63,830 nucleotides of DNA from Thecamonas trahens ATCC 50062 (Eukaryota; Protista; Apusomonadida), in the NCBI RefSeq assembly GCF_000142905.1, contig NW_013657646.1, positions 182,367-246,196 of the forward strand. The letters are read 5' to 3'. The notes beneath the pieces are model-generated. The model made no database searches. It saw nothing but the letters and a program-made list of their open reading frames with translations, and had not been told where the DNA came from. Shown here piece by piece: positions 52,101-62,100 of the stretch; the stretch's first letter is position 1; each line of letters starts with the position of its first letter. The position numbers and the translations under genes were made by a program.

Positions 52101-52389
52101 CGACTCGTGGAAGTGCCGGTGCGGGACCATCAACGTTTCGAGCGCAGGCAAGTGCGTCATGTGCACCGCGGGCAAGGACTCGGTCCTCGACTGGATCTGC
52201 GACTCGTGCCGCAACGCCAACCCTGCGTCGGCGTCGTCGTGCCTCCGGTGCTTTGCGCCGCTCATCCGCTGCGGCAAGTGCACCCGTAATCCTGCGGCCA
52301 AGTACTGCGACTACGGGCGGTGCTCGGCGTGCTGCCCGTCGTCGTCGGGTGTGGGGCGGCCGTGCTCGGCGATTAACCACCGCGTGTAA
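49156..52389 (+). CDS. Multi-zinc-finger protein: Lys-rich N-terminus, double zinc ribbons, coiled coil, four RanBP2-like fingers, C-terminal Cys cluster
   Basis: CxxC..FCxxCG triplet; WVCECSFTN, WVCNCSAVN, WKCRCGTIN, WICDSCRNAN; CGKC..YCDYGRCSACC. Confidence 0.8.
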   Translation: MFGAAGSGESDDDMAFLTKAPKKRGKKSAGGKKGNAGAGKKGKAGAGKKGKTKAGGDKARGSKAGGGAKAKKSSQGGGLFDDLDNMFDDDEPDILDFGTKTKAKTKAQAKAKAQPEELPKKTSANGRSKSRSKAARKIKSKTSKAGAKSRSKPQAKVVTFESDADESEPEPEPEPESEPEPESEAEAESEPEPESEPVKPKKKKKKGAGKGKKSKTRSKKTATDRGKKKKGGKESKPSRVAEEDDDDAGARGPISKDELFSGGGGLFGGGGGGGGGGGLFDDGLFAPTKPKAKKKKTKASKKKGAVSKKKGVASKKGNASKKKSKKKGSKSTKTPGKVKTEAEESLAALGLVDDGDGSAPSDEYYSDDDGGAKATAKTLAVQAQAVQAAKKSAVTAEPEYEYYSDEDPVVAAVKAPEGSRAGRSSPSTSTVSPALAAEALATSEAEPQAEPVRGMTDAERIAALEAELAAVRPNEMSATASTELVGKVEPAAFGSSIREYGCYSCRTTYDDLSIKFCSGCGGECGVLIAPLTVCSACGRVANKDARFCTECGSGVVEASQPKFECASCTRELPMGIKYCQHCGGACRPVAQLSRPVIIAKLRDLESQWKTKHWLREEAEAKLARVEGRAPAARDELALEEYEKPVLSVETVLPYYAQTMLTTTNRLVADTALPGLRGRAEAAAAAARAANEADAKRAEDKATAMLSATVLQSEIAALTAVINALGKEILDWQQALRVLPTPSAAGEADRGSRSAAEAYEALRVARLEAEAEAQDAREAAAFASPALKRRIELPAETFVSSVSAPGARDTLWVCECSFTNPGLASRCLECMARRPSAANLELRRELLAPERVARDAVLDYDLEVEQEKALAAIEADRVSAAVAARVAAENRLPPPPPDHEDEFYAAHPGAAATYNVRSVYPSVGEDGELDGSDGDDDDSAAWVCNCSAVNPERATRCVSCSGLKSYSVVSTRATGSVLGMLGADSWKCRCGTINVSSAGKCVMCTAGKDSVLDWICDSCRNANPASASSCLRCFAPLIRCGKCTRNPAAKYCDYGRCSACCPSSSGVGRPCSAINHRV

Positions 52390-52471
52390 AGAGGCGTGGC
52401 GTTGCTCACTCGCGTAGATTTGTTCACTTTGCGGTCAGAGGCTAAAGGCTAGCAGAGAGGAGGACCCGCCA

Positions 52472-53941
52472 TCACCAGCCGTCGGCACGACCGCAGCGCT
52501 CGCAGGCGCGCGGAGGAGGGGCATCGGGGTCGGCCTGTGGCACTGGATGCTTGCCGGCGGCGATCTCGGCCTCGAGGCGAGCGAGGGTGGTCTCGACGCG
52601 CTCGCACACGTCGTCCATCTCTTCGTCGGTGATGGTGAGCGGCGGGGCAAGGCGGATGATGTGGCCATGGGTTGGCTTGCACAGCACGCCCTCGTCCTTG
52701 AGCATGTGGCAGAGGTCTGTGGCCGACGCACCCTGCAGAGCCTCGGTGTCCATGACAAAAGCATTGAGGAGGCCCTTGCCGCGGACAGTCTTGATGAGCG
52801 GCGAGCGGAGGGCGGCAAAGCGGGCGCGGAAGGCCTCGCCCTTGGCCTGGGCAGTGGCGGCGAGGTTCTCCTCTGCGACGACGTCGAGGGCGGCAATGGC
52901 GACGGCGGCGCCGAGCGGGTTGCCGCCAAAGGTCGAGCCGTGGGTTCCCGGTGTGATGACGTCCATGACGTCGCGGTCGGCGAGGACGGCCGAGATGGGA
53001 TAGATACCGCCGCCGAGGGCCTTGCCGAGCAGCACAATGTCCGGGCGGACGTTGTCGTGGTCGACAGCCAGCATGCGGCCGGTGCGGGCGATGCCGGTCT
53101 GGATCTCATCGGCGATAAAGAGTACGTTGTGCTTGTCGCAGAGGGCGCGGGCGGCAGCGAGGTAGCCGTCGGGCGGGACGACAACGCCGGCCTCGCCCTG
53201 AATGGGCTCGAGCAGCAGGGCGCCGACAGACTCGCCGTGCTCGGCGAGGGTGGCCTCGAGCCCGGCGAGATCGCCAAAGTCGACCTTGAGCTGGCCCGGG
53301 ACAAGCGGGTGGAAGCCCTCGGTAGCGTCCGGGTCGCATGACATGGAGATGGCGCCGAGCGTGCGGCCGTGGAAGCAGCCGCAGGCCGAGATGATTTGCA
53401 CGCTCCCGCTCGGCACACCCTTGACGTCGGTGGCCCACTTGCGGGCGATCTTGAGGGCCGACTCGACGGCCTCTGCGCCGGTGTTCATGGGCAGGACGGC
53501 CTCGTAGTCAAAGGTCTGACAGATTTTCTCGGCAAAGGCCGGGAAGATGTCGTTGTAGAAGGCACGAGAAGAGAGCGAGAGCGTTTGGGTTTGGTTGATG
53601 GCGGCGGCGACGAGCTTGGGATGGAGATGGCCCTGGTTGAGGGCCGAGTAAGCCGAGAGAAAGTCGTAGTAGTGGTTGCCCTCGGGATCCCACACGTTGA
53701 GGCCCTTGGCCCGGGAGAAGACTACGTCCAGCGGCGAGTAGTTGTGCGCTCCGTACTCGTTGTCCAGCGCAATGGCCTCCTCAGATGACAGGTCCGTCAC
53801 GGGCTCAGCCGTTGCCACCTGCGGCTTGGCCTTGCTGCTGCCTGCCGCGGAGGCCGTCTGCGTCGATGCCGCCCGCGCAGCGAGTGCTGCTGCTGCTCCG
53901 CGGACGGTGTGCGGGAGTGTGAATGAGGTGAGGCGGAACAT
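52472..53941 (-). CDS. OAT: Ornithine delta-aminotransferase, mitochondrial
   Basis: YGAHNYSPL, DFLSAYSALNQGH, PMNTGAEAVE, FHGRT, EPIQGEAG, DEIQTG, LGKALGGG (PLP Lys), HGSTFGGNPL. Confidence 0.97.
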   Translation of the reverse strand: MFRLTSFTLPHTVRGAAAALAARAASTQTASAAGSSKAKPQVATAEPVTDLSSEEAIALDNEYGAHNYSPLDVVFSRAKGLNVWDPEGNHYYDFLSAYSALNQGHLHPKLVAAAINQTQTLSLSSRAFYNDIFPAFAEKICQTFDYEAVLPMNTGAEAVESALKIARKWATDVKGVPSGSVQIISACGCFHGRTLGAISMSCDPDATEGFHPLVPGQLKVDFGDLAGLEATLAEHGESVGALLLEPIQGEAGVVVPPDGYLAAARALCDKHNVLFIADEIQTGIARTGRMLAVDHDNVRPDIVLLGKALGGGIYPISAVLADRDVMDVITPGTHGSTFGGNPLGAAVAIAALDVVAEENLAATAQAKGEAFRARFAALRSPLIKTVRGKGLLNAFVMDTEALQGASATDLCHMLKDEGVLCKPTHGHIIRLAPPLTITDEEMDDVCERVETTLARLEAEIAAGKHPVPQADPDAPPPRACERCGRADGW

Positions 53942-54329
53942 GGTAAGCGTAGGGGGGTGGCGTGCGGAGAGAAGTGGTGGAGGCGTTGGCAAAGTGGCAG
54001 CAGGTGACGTCGGTGCCGCGTCATGTGCTGGGCAGTCGCGACTCGGGCGCCGGGTTTCGGCGTCACGGGGTTGGGAGGAGGAGACGGAAGATGATGGTGT
54101 GTTTTCTCTGGGCTTCATGTGCGGCAGGGTATAGAGTAGCTAGCGGGTAGATGGGTACGCTGCAGTGCGCACACAACAGCCACGAGTCGGCGGCAGAGTG
54201 CTCGGGGCGCAGGGGCTGGCGAGCACGGGTCGACGAGATGTTGGTCAGAGAGGATCAAGAAAGAGAGAGAGAGAGAGGGAGACGGAGAGCGCACGCGTGA
54301 GGGAGCACGGGAGCGTCAGGATCTCCAGC

Positions 54330-54668
54330 TTAGAAACCGTGCACCTTGATGTTCTGGGCGTCGACGATCTGCTCGTTGACAAGGAACTCCTGGACGTGAG
54401 CACGCTGGTCGCCCTGCAGCTGGATGACGGTACCGTTCTCCTCGTCCTCGACGATGTTGCCGTTGCAGGCCAGCGACTTCTTGAGCGCCTTAAGCACGCG
54501 CTTAAAGTTGAGCTTGGGGGTGAGCCCCTGGACAGTGGTCAGCGACTTGCGGCCGTTGCGCTGCTGGATGCGGATGTGGACATACGAACCGACGTCACCA
54601 CCGACGAGCTCGTTTTGGGCCTCCTGGAACGGGTCGAACGTCACTCCGAAGTCTTGCTCCAGGCTCAT
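54330..54668 (-). CDS. EIF1: Translation initiation factor eIF1/SUI1
   Basis: FDPF, VHIRIQQRNGRKSLTTVQG, ACNG, IQLQGDQR, IKVHGF. Confidence 0.98.
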   Translation of the reverse strand: MSLEQDFGVTFDPFQEAQNELVGGDVGSYVHIRIQQRNGRKSLTTVQGLTPKLNFKRVLKALKKSLACNGNIVEDEENGTVIQLQGDQRAHVQEFLVNEQIVDAQNIKVHGF

Positions 54669-55735
54669 GCGCTGCGCGTGGGGAACGAGGGGGGAGGCGC
54701 GGGTGAGTGAGAGGCGAAGAGAGCCAGACTCGGTTGGTGGCGGGGAGGGGGGGGGGGGGGGGGGGAGGGGAGGGGAGGGGGAGGGGGAGGGGGAGGGGGC
54801 GGAGGGGGGGGAGGGGAGGAGGAGGTGGTGGGAGGGAAGGAGGAGGGAGGTGGTAGGGGANNNNNNNNNNNNNNNNNNNNNNNNNNNNNNNNNNNNNNNN
54901 NNNNNNNNNNNNNNNNNNNNNNNNNNNNNNNNNNNNNNNNNNNNNNNNNNNNNNNNNNNNAGGAGGAGTGTGGGAGGAAGGAGAGGGAGTGTAGGAGGGG
55001 GGGGGGGAGGGGGGGGAGGCAGGGGGGGGAGTGTTGCTCGTGGGCCGAGTGCTCGATGCAGTCATCCTTCGCAAAAATTCCGGCCTTCTCTGTCCCTCTC
55101 ACCCTTAGGGACGGGTATGGGCGGCGGGCGTGGGTGCCGACATGGGTGCGAGGAGGGCGGGGAGGGAGAGAGAGAGAGAGAATGTGTGGAAGGGAGTGAG
55201 GGGAGGGGAGGGGGGAGGGGAGGGGCGTACAGGATTCGGGAGGGAGAGAGTGAGATGTGGCGTGCCGAGTCTGGACGGAAGCAGGGAACGAGGTCGGCTT
55301 GTGGGGGGCTGGGGTGTGCGGGTGAGTTGTCGGTGAGTGTGAGTTTGTCGAGTGCGTCGGGTGAGTGTCTCGGTGTGGCCGGAACGACGACTGGAGGATG
55401 TCAACCCATGACATCAGCATGCCACACCAGTATGCGCAACATGGTGGCTCATTGTGCACATCTACGCCGTATACGTGTTCATGCACTGGCACATACGGTC
55501 TAGGAGGGGGAGACTGCGTTAAGATGGCGGTTGCTGCCCCAGGATGCCCGGCATGGTTCGGAACCGCCATCAGTCCGCCGTGTCCGACCCAGTGGTGTGA
55601 GCGGTGTGTCCCAGACTGACCCAACCCCCAGCAGCAGCGGCAGCACAAAACGCGGCGGCTCTGCACGCCACCGCCTCGCCATCGTCGCTATACACACACA
55701 CACTCTCTCTCTCTCTTTCCAACTCATATATCATC

Positions 55736-56850
55736 ATGTCTGCTACCACTGGCAAGCGCGGCATCGGCATCAACGGTACGCTCCCGACAACAGCGGCGTG
55801 CTCACGTATTCCCCTCCTCCTCCTCCCCGCACTCACTGCCACTGTGGTACGAGGGTAGGCCTCGGGCGGATCGGCAAGCTCGTGCTGCAGATTAGCGAGG
55901 GCCGTGAGGGGTGCCCGGTCCAGGTTGTGGCCATCAACGACCCGTTCATGTCGTGCGGCGACATTGTGTACGCCATCAAGTACGACTCGGTCCACGGCCG
56001 ATTTGCCGGCACGGTGGTTGAGGGCGACGATGGCGAGTCGGTGGTCATCAACGGGCGGCGGGTGGCAGTGGGATCGTCCAAGGAGCCGGCGGCGTGTAAC
56101 TGGGCCGCGCACGGTGCGTCGATCGTGGTCGACTGCTCCGGCCAGTTTACCTCGCTCGCCGGTGCGTCGGAGCACCTCAAGGGCGGCGCTGAGCGGGTGG
56201 TGGTCTCGGCGCCATCCAAGGACATCCCGATGTTCGTGCTGGGCGTGAACGGCGACGAGCTGACCGCCGACGACCACGTTGTCTCAAACGCCTCGTGCAC
56301 GACCAACTGCCTCGCGCCGCTGGTCAAGGTCGTTCACGACGCGTTTGGCATCGAGGAGGCCGTAGCCACCACCGTCCACGCCGCCACCGGCTCGCAGCGC
56401 ATTGTTGACCTCAACAACAAGAAGAACCACCGGCTCGGCCGCTCCGGTATGCTCAACATCATCCCATCGACCACGGGCGCCGCTGCCGCTGTCGCCAAGG
56501 TCTTCCCTGCCCTCGACGGCCGCATCACTGGCATGGCCATGCGTGTGCCCACCGCAGACGTCTCGGTCGTCGACGTCACCATCAAGCTTGCCTCACCGGC
56601 CTCGCTCGACGACATCCACGCCGCCATGACCGCCGCCGCCGCCGGCGACATGGCCGGCATCCTCGGCGTCACCGCGGACGCCGTCGTCTCGACAGACTTT
56701 GTCGGCTCGACCTACTCATGTGTCTACGACGCCGATGCCTCCCTCGCCCTCTCCGACACCTTTGTCAAGCTCATCGGATGGTACGACAACGAGTACTCGT
56801 ACACCGCCCGCCTCGTCGACCTCATCGAGCGCGTCGTTGCCCTCGCGTAG
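55736..56850 (+). CDS. GAPDH: Glyceraldehyde-3-phosphate dehydrogenase (divergent); intron 55776-55858
   Basis: GING/LGRIG across a GTACGC..TAG intron; AINDPF, KYDSVHG, SNASCTTNCLAP, TGMAMRVPT, WYDNE. Confidence 0.96.
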
Positions 56851-57734
56851 CAGCCCAAGCTCGCCCACGCCGATGCCGCCTCCCCCCTATCCGCAATACC
56901 CGCACCGATGACAACGATGCACAGAGGCTGGTCATGACCAGGCCCAGCAGATGAGCTGCTGCTGCAATAGACTGCTGTGGGAGGCTCCTCTCGGAGACTG
57001 CCATGGCAAGAGGTACAGCCTCTGTGATGGCTGCTCTGCGGCTGGCTCTGTAGCTGTAGCTGGCCCAGGCTCTGAGGGCGAGGGTGGAAAAAAACCGCTT
57101 GTCCAATATCACGTGGTATCACCCCAATTTCCATGGCGTTAAAAAACGTTGCACAGCCGACGAGAAATGGGCAAAGAGGGGGAGAAGGGCGAGAAGAGCG
57201 TGGGGGAGGGGGACAGCCACGGGCACCACGGGCCACAGCCCCGTCAGCCACGCATCGCCACACCCCTCCCCATCACACACACACACACACACGCTCCGCA
57301 CACAACCCCATCTGCACACAGGTGGCTGCAAGCAGGCGGTGGGTGCAAGCATGAGCGTACCGCCACCACAACGCCGGGAGGCCTGTCCACCGACTGTGGG
57401 CCGACTCGCCGACGAGCGGCGTTCCAAGGGGAAATGTCCCCACGCGAGCCATCCCTCCGAGGCAGCAGTGGCCGCTGCTCCACGCAGCAACGGGCAGAAG
57501 ACAACCATAATCAGAAACGACGTTCCATGGCATGGCCCTGGGTCATGCAAGCCGGCTGAGTCGCAGATGTGGTCGACGCAGCAGGCCGGGAGAGTCTGCT
57601 TGACACTGCCGGACTCAACAACGGCGGCTGGGGAGCCACGCCCACGCCCACGCGCATGCGACTTGCCCGGCCTGCACTCTGCGCACGCTCTGGGAGGGCT
57701 GCCGAGGCGGCAGCGAGGCGGAAGACGGCAGGGC

Positions 57735-59017
57735 ATGGTGATGGCCGTAGCGGTGGCAGTGGCGGTACTCGTCGCGCTCCTCGTCCCACTGGCAGACGGC
57801 AACATTATCGAGCTGGTGCCGACCGGTACTGAGCCGCCGCACGTCTACGCCACGCCGACCATCCCCTTCCTTCTTACTTCGACGGTCAATTGCGCGCCCG
57901 AGCTGGCGGGCGCGATGCTGGAGACGACGGAGGGCTCGCGCCTGACAAGGTTCGCCCGCAGGCTCGACGACGTGTTTGCGTACGACATCGAGATCACCGT
58001 TGTTGACGCCTTGCTCCCGCAGGCTGTTTACGTCAACATGTCCGAGGCGATGCTGACCTGCGAATCAACGCCGTCGCCGCCGCTCTCGGCCAAGGCTATG
58101 TTTGACCCGTCGGCCCAGAGCTCTGACGACAGCGAGTCGCTGCTGGGAACCGTCCCAATGTGGGCCATCATTGCCGCGGCCTCTGCCACCCTCTGCTGCG
58201 GCATCTTCTGCGCTTGCGTCTTCAAGGCTGGCTCGCACCGCAAGCACCACATTGAGCCGCAGGAGGAAGAGTACATGGCCAACTCGCGGTCGGCAAGGGT
58301 GCTGGAGCACTCTCTTATCGCCCAGGGTTCAGAACTCGGCTCGTACAAGAACATGTCGTCCCATACCCTGGCGTCGGTAGCCTCGCCGCGATTCGTCTCA
58401 GACTCGACAGGTATGATGTCGTCGGCCGCGGGACGCGCAATGGACTCATCCAGTGTCGTCGCGCCGCGCTCCATTGTCGAGCAAAGGCGCGGCGACGGCC
58501 GCGGCCGCGCTGAGACCCTGCCGCTGGAGACCATCCACGAGCCTGTCGGCGCTGCAGCCGCAGGTGTCGGGCCCGGGCGAAAGCCGAAGCGAACTGACTC
58601 GCAACGCGCCCCGCCCCGCTCACCAAACATAACTCTATGCCACACAAGCTCCGCAAGGGCCGCTCCGGCCGCGGCCGTGACCTCCATCGCTCGCCGTCGT
58701 TTGTTCGCCGCGCCGCTGCCGCGGGCGGCGAAAACTCAAACTCACACTCCAACTCCAACTCGCCGCGCCCGCGTGCCGAGCAGGTCAAGTCCATGTCGCC
58801 GCGCGTCACCCGCTCGCCCACCCGCATGCGTGCCATCCTCGCCCTCTCGCAGGCCGAGCTCGAGAGCGAGCTCGTCCACGACTCGGCCAGCCCAGCCGTC
58901 GACAAGCGCTCCTCACGCCGCGACATTCACAAGCTGCATCGCTCCTACACGCGCACCATTGGCGCCCTTAACTCTTCGGCGCCTGCCGGTCACGCGCGGA
59001 CTTCATCGGATGCGTAG
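57735..59017 (+). CDS. Uncharacterised type I membrane protein with Ser/Arg-rich cytoplasmic tail; apparent frameshift at C-runs 58609-58617
   Basis: Signal MVMAVAVAVAVLVALLVPLADG; TM WAIIAAASATLCCGIFCACVF; plausible coding frame continues in ORF 58637..59017. Confidence 0.68.
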
Positions 59018-59117
59018 TTCGGGCGGCTGCAGGCCATGGCATGTTATTGAATCTGTCTCTCTTCTTCTCTCTCCACGCTTGCGCACGTCCCGTTCACAGT
59101 AGGTACTTGAGCTGTGC

Positions 59118-62100
59118 TCACGACATCATGCTCGATCCGTCTTCCGACAACAAGTCGCCGAGCTCGACGCCCTGGACTGACGTGTCGCCGATCGACCTGG
59201 CGGTCTCGGACAAAACCGAGCTGTGCGAGCACTCGTGCGAGGTGGGAGACGCCCACAAGGCATCAGAAGCGGCTTGAGTCAAGCTGCGCTGCGACAAGCG
59301 GCGAATACGCGAGCCCGAGGTCCGTCGAGTGTGGGAGATCGAGACCGACCGCCGCACTGCCATCCGCTCACGAATGCTCGCCACCCGGTCTTTGACCGAC
59401 ATGGCCGATCGCGATTCACCCGACTCCAAGTCAGGGTTGGACCGCGTCGATTCGGCCCGCGAGACCGAGTTGGAGCGATCACGCTCCAGGTCAAGCACAT
59501 TGGACACCGAGTTGTTGAGGCCAGAGCCCCGCGAACGGAACGCGGTCACCGAGCGGATTTTTGTCATTGTTCGCCCCTGCGTCCGGGACCGAGCCAATGT
59601 GTTGCGGGTGCGCGAGCGCGAGGACGAGCGCGCAACAGGGAAGGTTCGGTCCGGCGACCGCCGTTGCGCCGCAGCCTCGGTCAACCGCGCTACCAGCGCC
59701 ACCGACGTCTTGGCCGAGTCGTGGATCGAGTACGTGAGCGGGATGGCGGTGGTCTGTGGCGTCGTCGCATTTGCCACTCCTTGCTCACCGTCGGCCGAGA
59801 CTGCTGCTGCTGCCGCTACTGCTGCCCGCATCCCGATTGGTGTACCGGCGCGGATGCCGCGCGGCATTGCTTCTGCAAGACCCTGGTCAGCCTCTGGATC
59901 GAGGAGCTCGACGGCCTCGGCATTCTTGTAAAGCCGCCTCTCGGTCAGCGCCGAGGTGCGTCCAGCCAGCTCCAAAGGCAACAGCTCCCACACCTCGCAC
60001 GTCTCGTGGATGCCGTCGAACGAGAGGCGGGCGATCGGAGTGAGGATGACGTCGACCCGCGGCGATTTGGGGCCGTCACGCGGCGAGCGCTTGGCGCTCG
60101 GCTGCCGCGACGCGGCGAGCGCGTCGACAACCGGGCGTGAGACCATGATCTGCCCACCAGCGCCAGAGTCAGTAACTAGTGTGGCGAGCTTGACCACTCG
60201 CCCAAAGTAGAGCATCCGCGCTGCGCGCTCATCAAAGGTGTGTGAGGCGGGGCCGACGTGGACACCCATCCGGACTCGCACCCCGTTCCACACGCTGGGA
60301 TCCCCAGTCGGCAGCGCCTCGTTCAGCCATGCCGGCCACGCCGTTGCCATCAGCGCATCCTGCACGTAAACGCAGAACGCGATCACGTCCTCGACGTTGG
60401 TGTAGGCAACAAAGAACGCGTCGCCCTCGGTCTTAAACTCGTAGCCGCCGGTCGCCGCCATGGTGTCGCGCATGATGGCGTTGTGCGTCTCGAGCACGTC
60501 GATCATGGCTGCCGGATCAGTCTCCCACAGCATGGTCGAGCTCTCAATGTCGGTGGTGACGATAAAGACGTTGCCGGTCGGCGCCGCCTTGGTCAATTCC
60601 GCCTGGTGGGCTGCCACTGTTGCCGACTTGCGCGCACGATAGAGGTAGAGCAGAACAGCGAGGACGAGAAGGCAGAGAATGACAAGCGACGAGCCCATCG
60701 CCGCCGCCACCATGGGCGTCACCATCTTGGTCTCAGACTTGATCCGCGCCCGGGCGCACAAGCTTGTGCCAGCCGGCACACACAGACCGCATGGGTCCAG
60801 CTCAAGGCCCGAGTTGGGAAGGCCGTCGCAGCCGGCACACAAAGTGTTGTTGCCGTGGCACACGCTGCAGTCGTCTTTGGCGAGATTGGAGCCAAAGCAA
60901 GCGCCGCAATCATCCATGGCCGCATTCCCGCCGCGGCAAACGCCGCAAGCATCGCGATCGGCGTCGCCGCCAAAGCACACACCACATGAGTCGCGGTCAG
61001 CGTTGCCGCGGAAACAGATCCCGCAGTCGTCAAGGAAAAATTGGCCGTGGAGATGAGCGACGTCCCGCCCGTGCACGAGTTACAGTCGTCAACCGTGGCG
61101 GTACCGCTGCAGGTCCCAGTACAGTCGTAGGTGGCGGACGAGCCGAGGACTCCGTCGCAGCCCATGATGCACGACGTGCCGTCGCCGCCACAGACGCCGC
61201 AGAGATCAAAGAGCGCACCGCCATCAGAGACAAGGACCCCGTCACAGCCGACGCACGTCGAGTTGTCGCCGTCGCACACGCCGCAGGCGTCGAGACTCCC
61301 CGACGCGCAGGTTGTGCACGTCAGATCCTGACCAAAGCACACGCCGCACGAGTCGACATGGTAGTTGTACGGGAGCCGGGTTGAGATGTTGCCGCCGGCG
61401 CACATGCCGCAGTCATCGATGGTCGCATTACCACCGCACACGCCGTGGCAGTCAAACTGGATGCCCGAGCCGTAAACACCGTCGCAGCCAACGTAGCAGA
61501 CTGTCGCGTTGCCGCCGCAGACACCACAAGCGTCGAAATGGGCACCACCAGACGGGATCGGCACCCCGTCGCAGCCGAGACAGGTCGATCCGTCACCGTC
61601 GCACACTCCGCAAACGTCGCGGACGAGGCTCGAGTTGGGCACCCCATCACAGCCGGCGCAGGTCGCGTTCGATCCAAAGCACACGCCACAGTCGTCCTTG
61701 TGCGCATTGGCGCCAAAGCATACACCGCAGTCGTCCTTAGCGGTGTTGCCGCCAAAGCACACGCCGCAATCGTCGCGGTCGGCGTTGGCCATGCGGCCCG
61801 AGTCGCCGCCAGAGCAGACGTTGCAAGCATCAAGCGATGCCACACCATTGCACGTCCCGGCACAATCCATGCCGTTCGGATGGGCGCAGGTGGTGCAAGG
61901 CGTGCCCGGGGTAAGGCAGGCATAGCCGGGCTCGAGCTGACATGAGGCCGAGCAGCCATCACCAGGCGATGCGTTGCCGTCGTCGCACGACTCGACACCG
62001 GCAATGACAACGCCATCTCCACAGGCGGCTGATGGCGGCGGCGGAGGAGATGGCGGCGGCGGAGGAGATGGCGGCGGCGGAGGAGATGGTGGCGGCGGAG

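Noticed and set aside
57084-57734. 217-aa N-terminal extension of the 57084..59102 ORF
   Set aside because: Non-ATG start, CA-repeat content, and a clear signal peptide begins at 57735.
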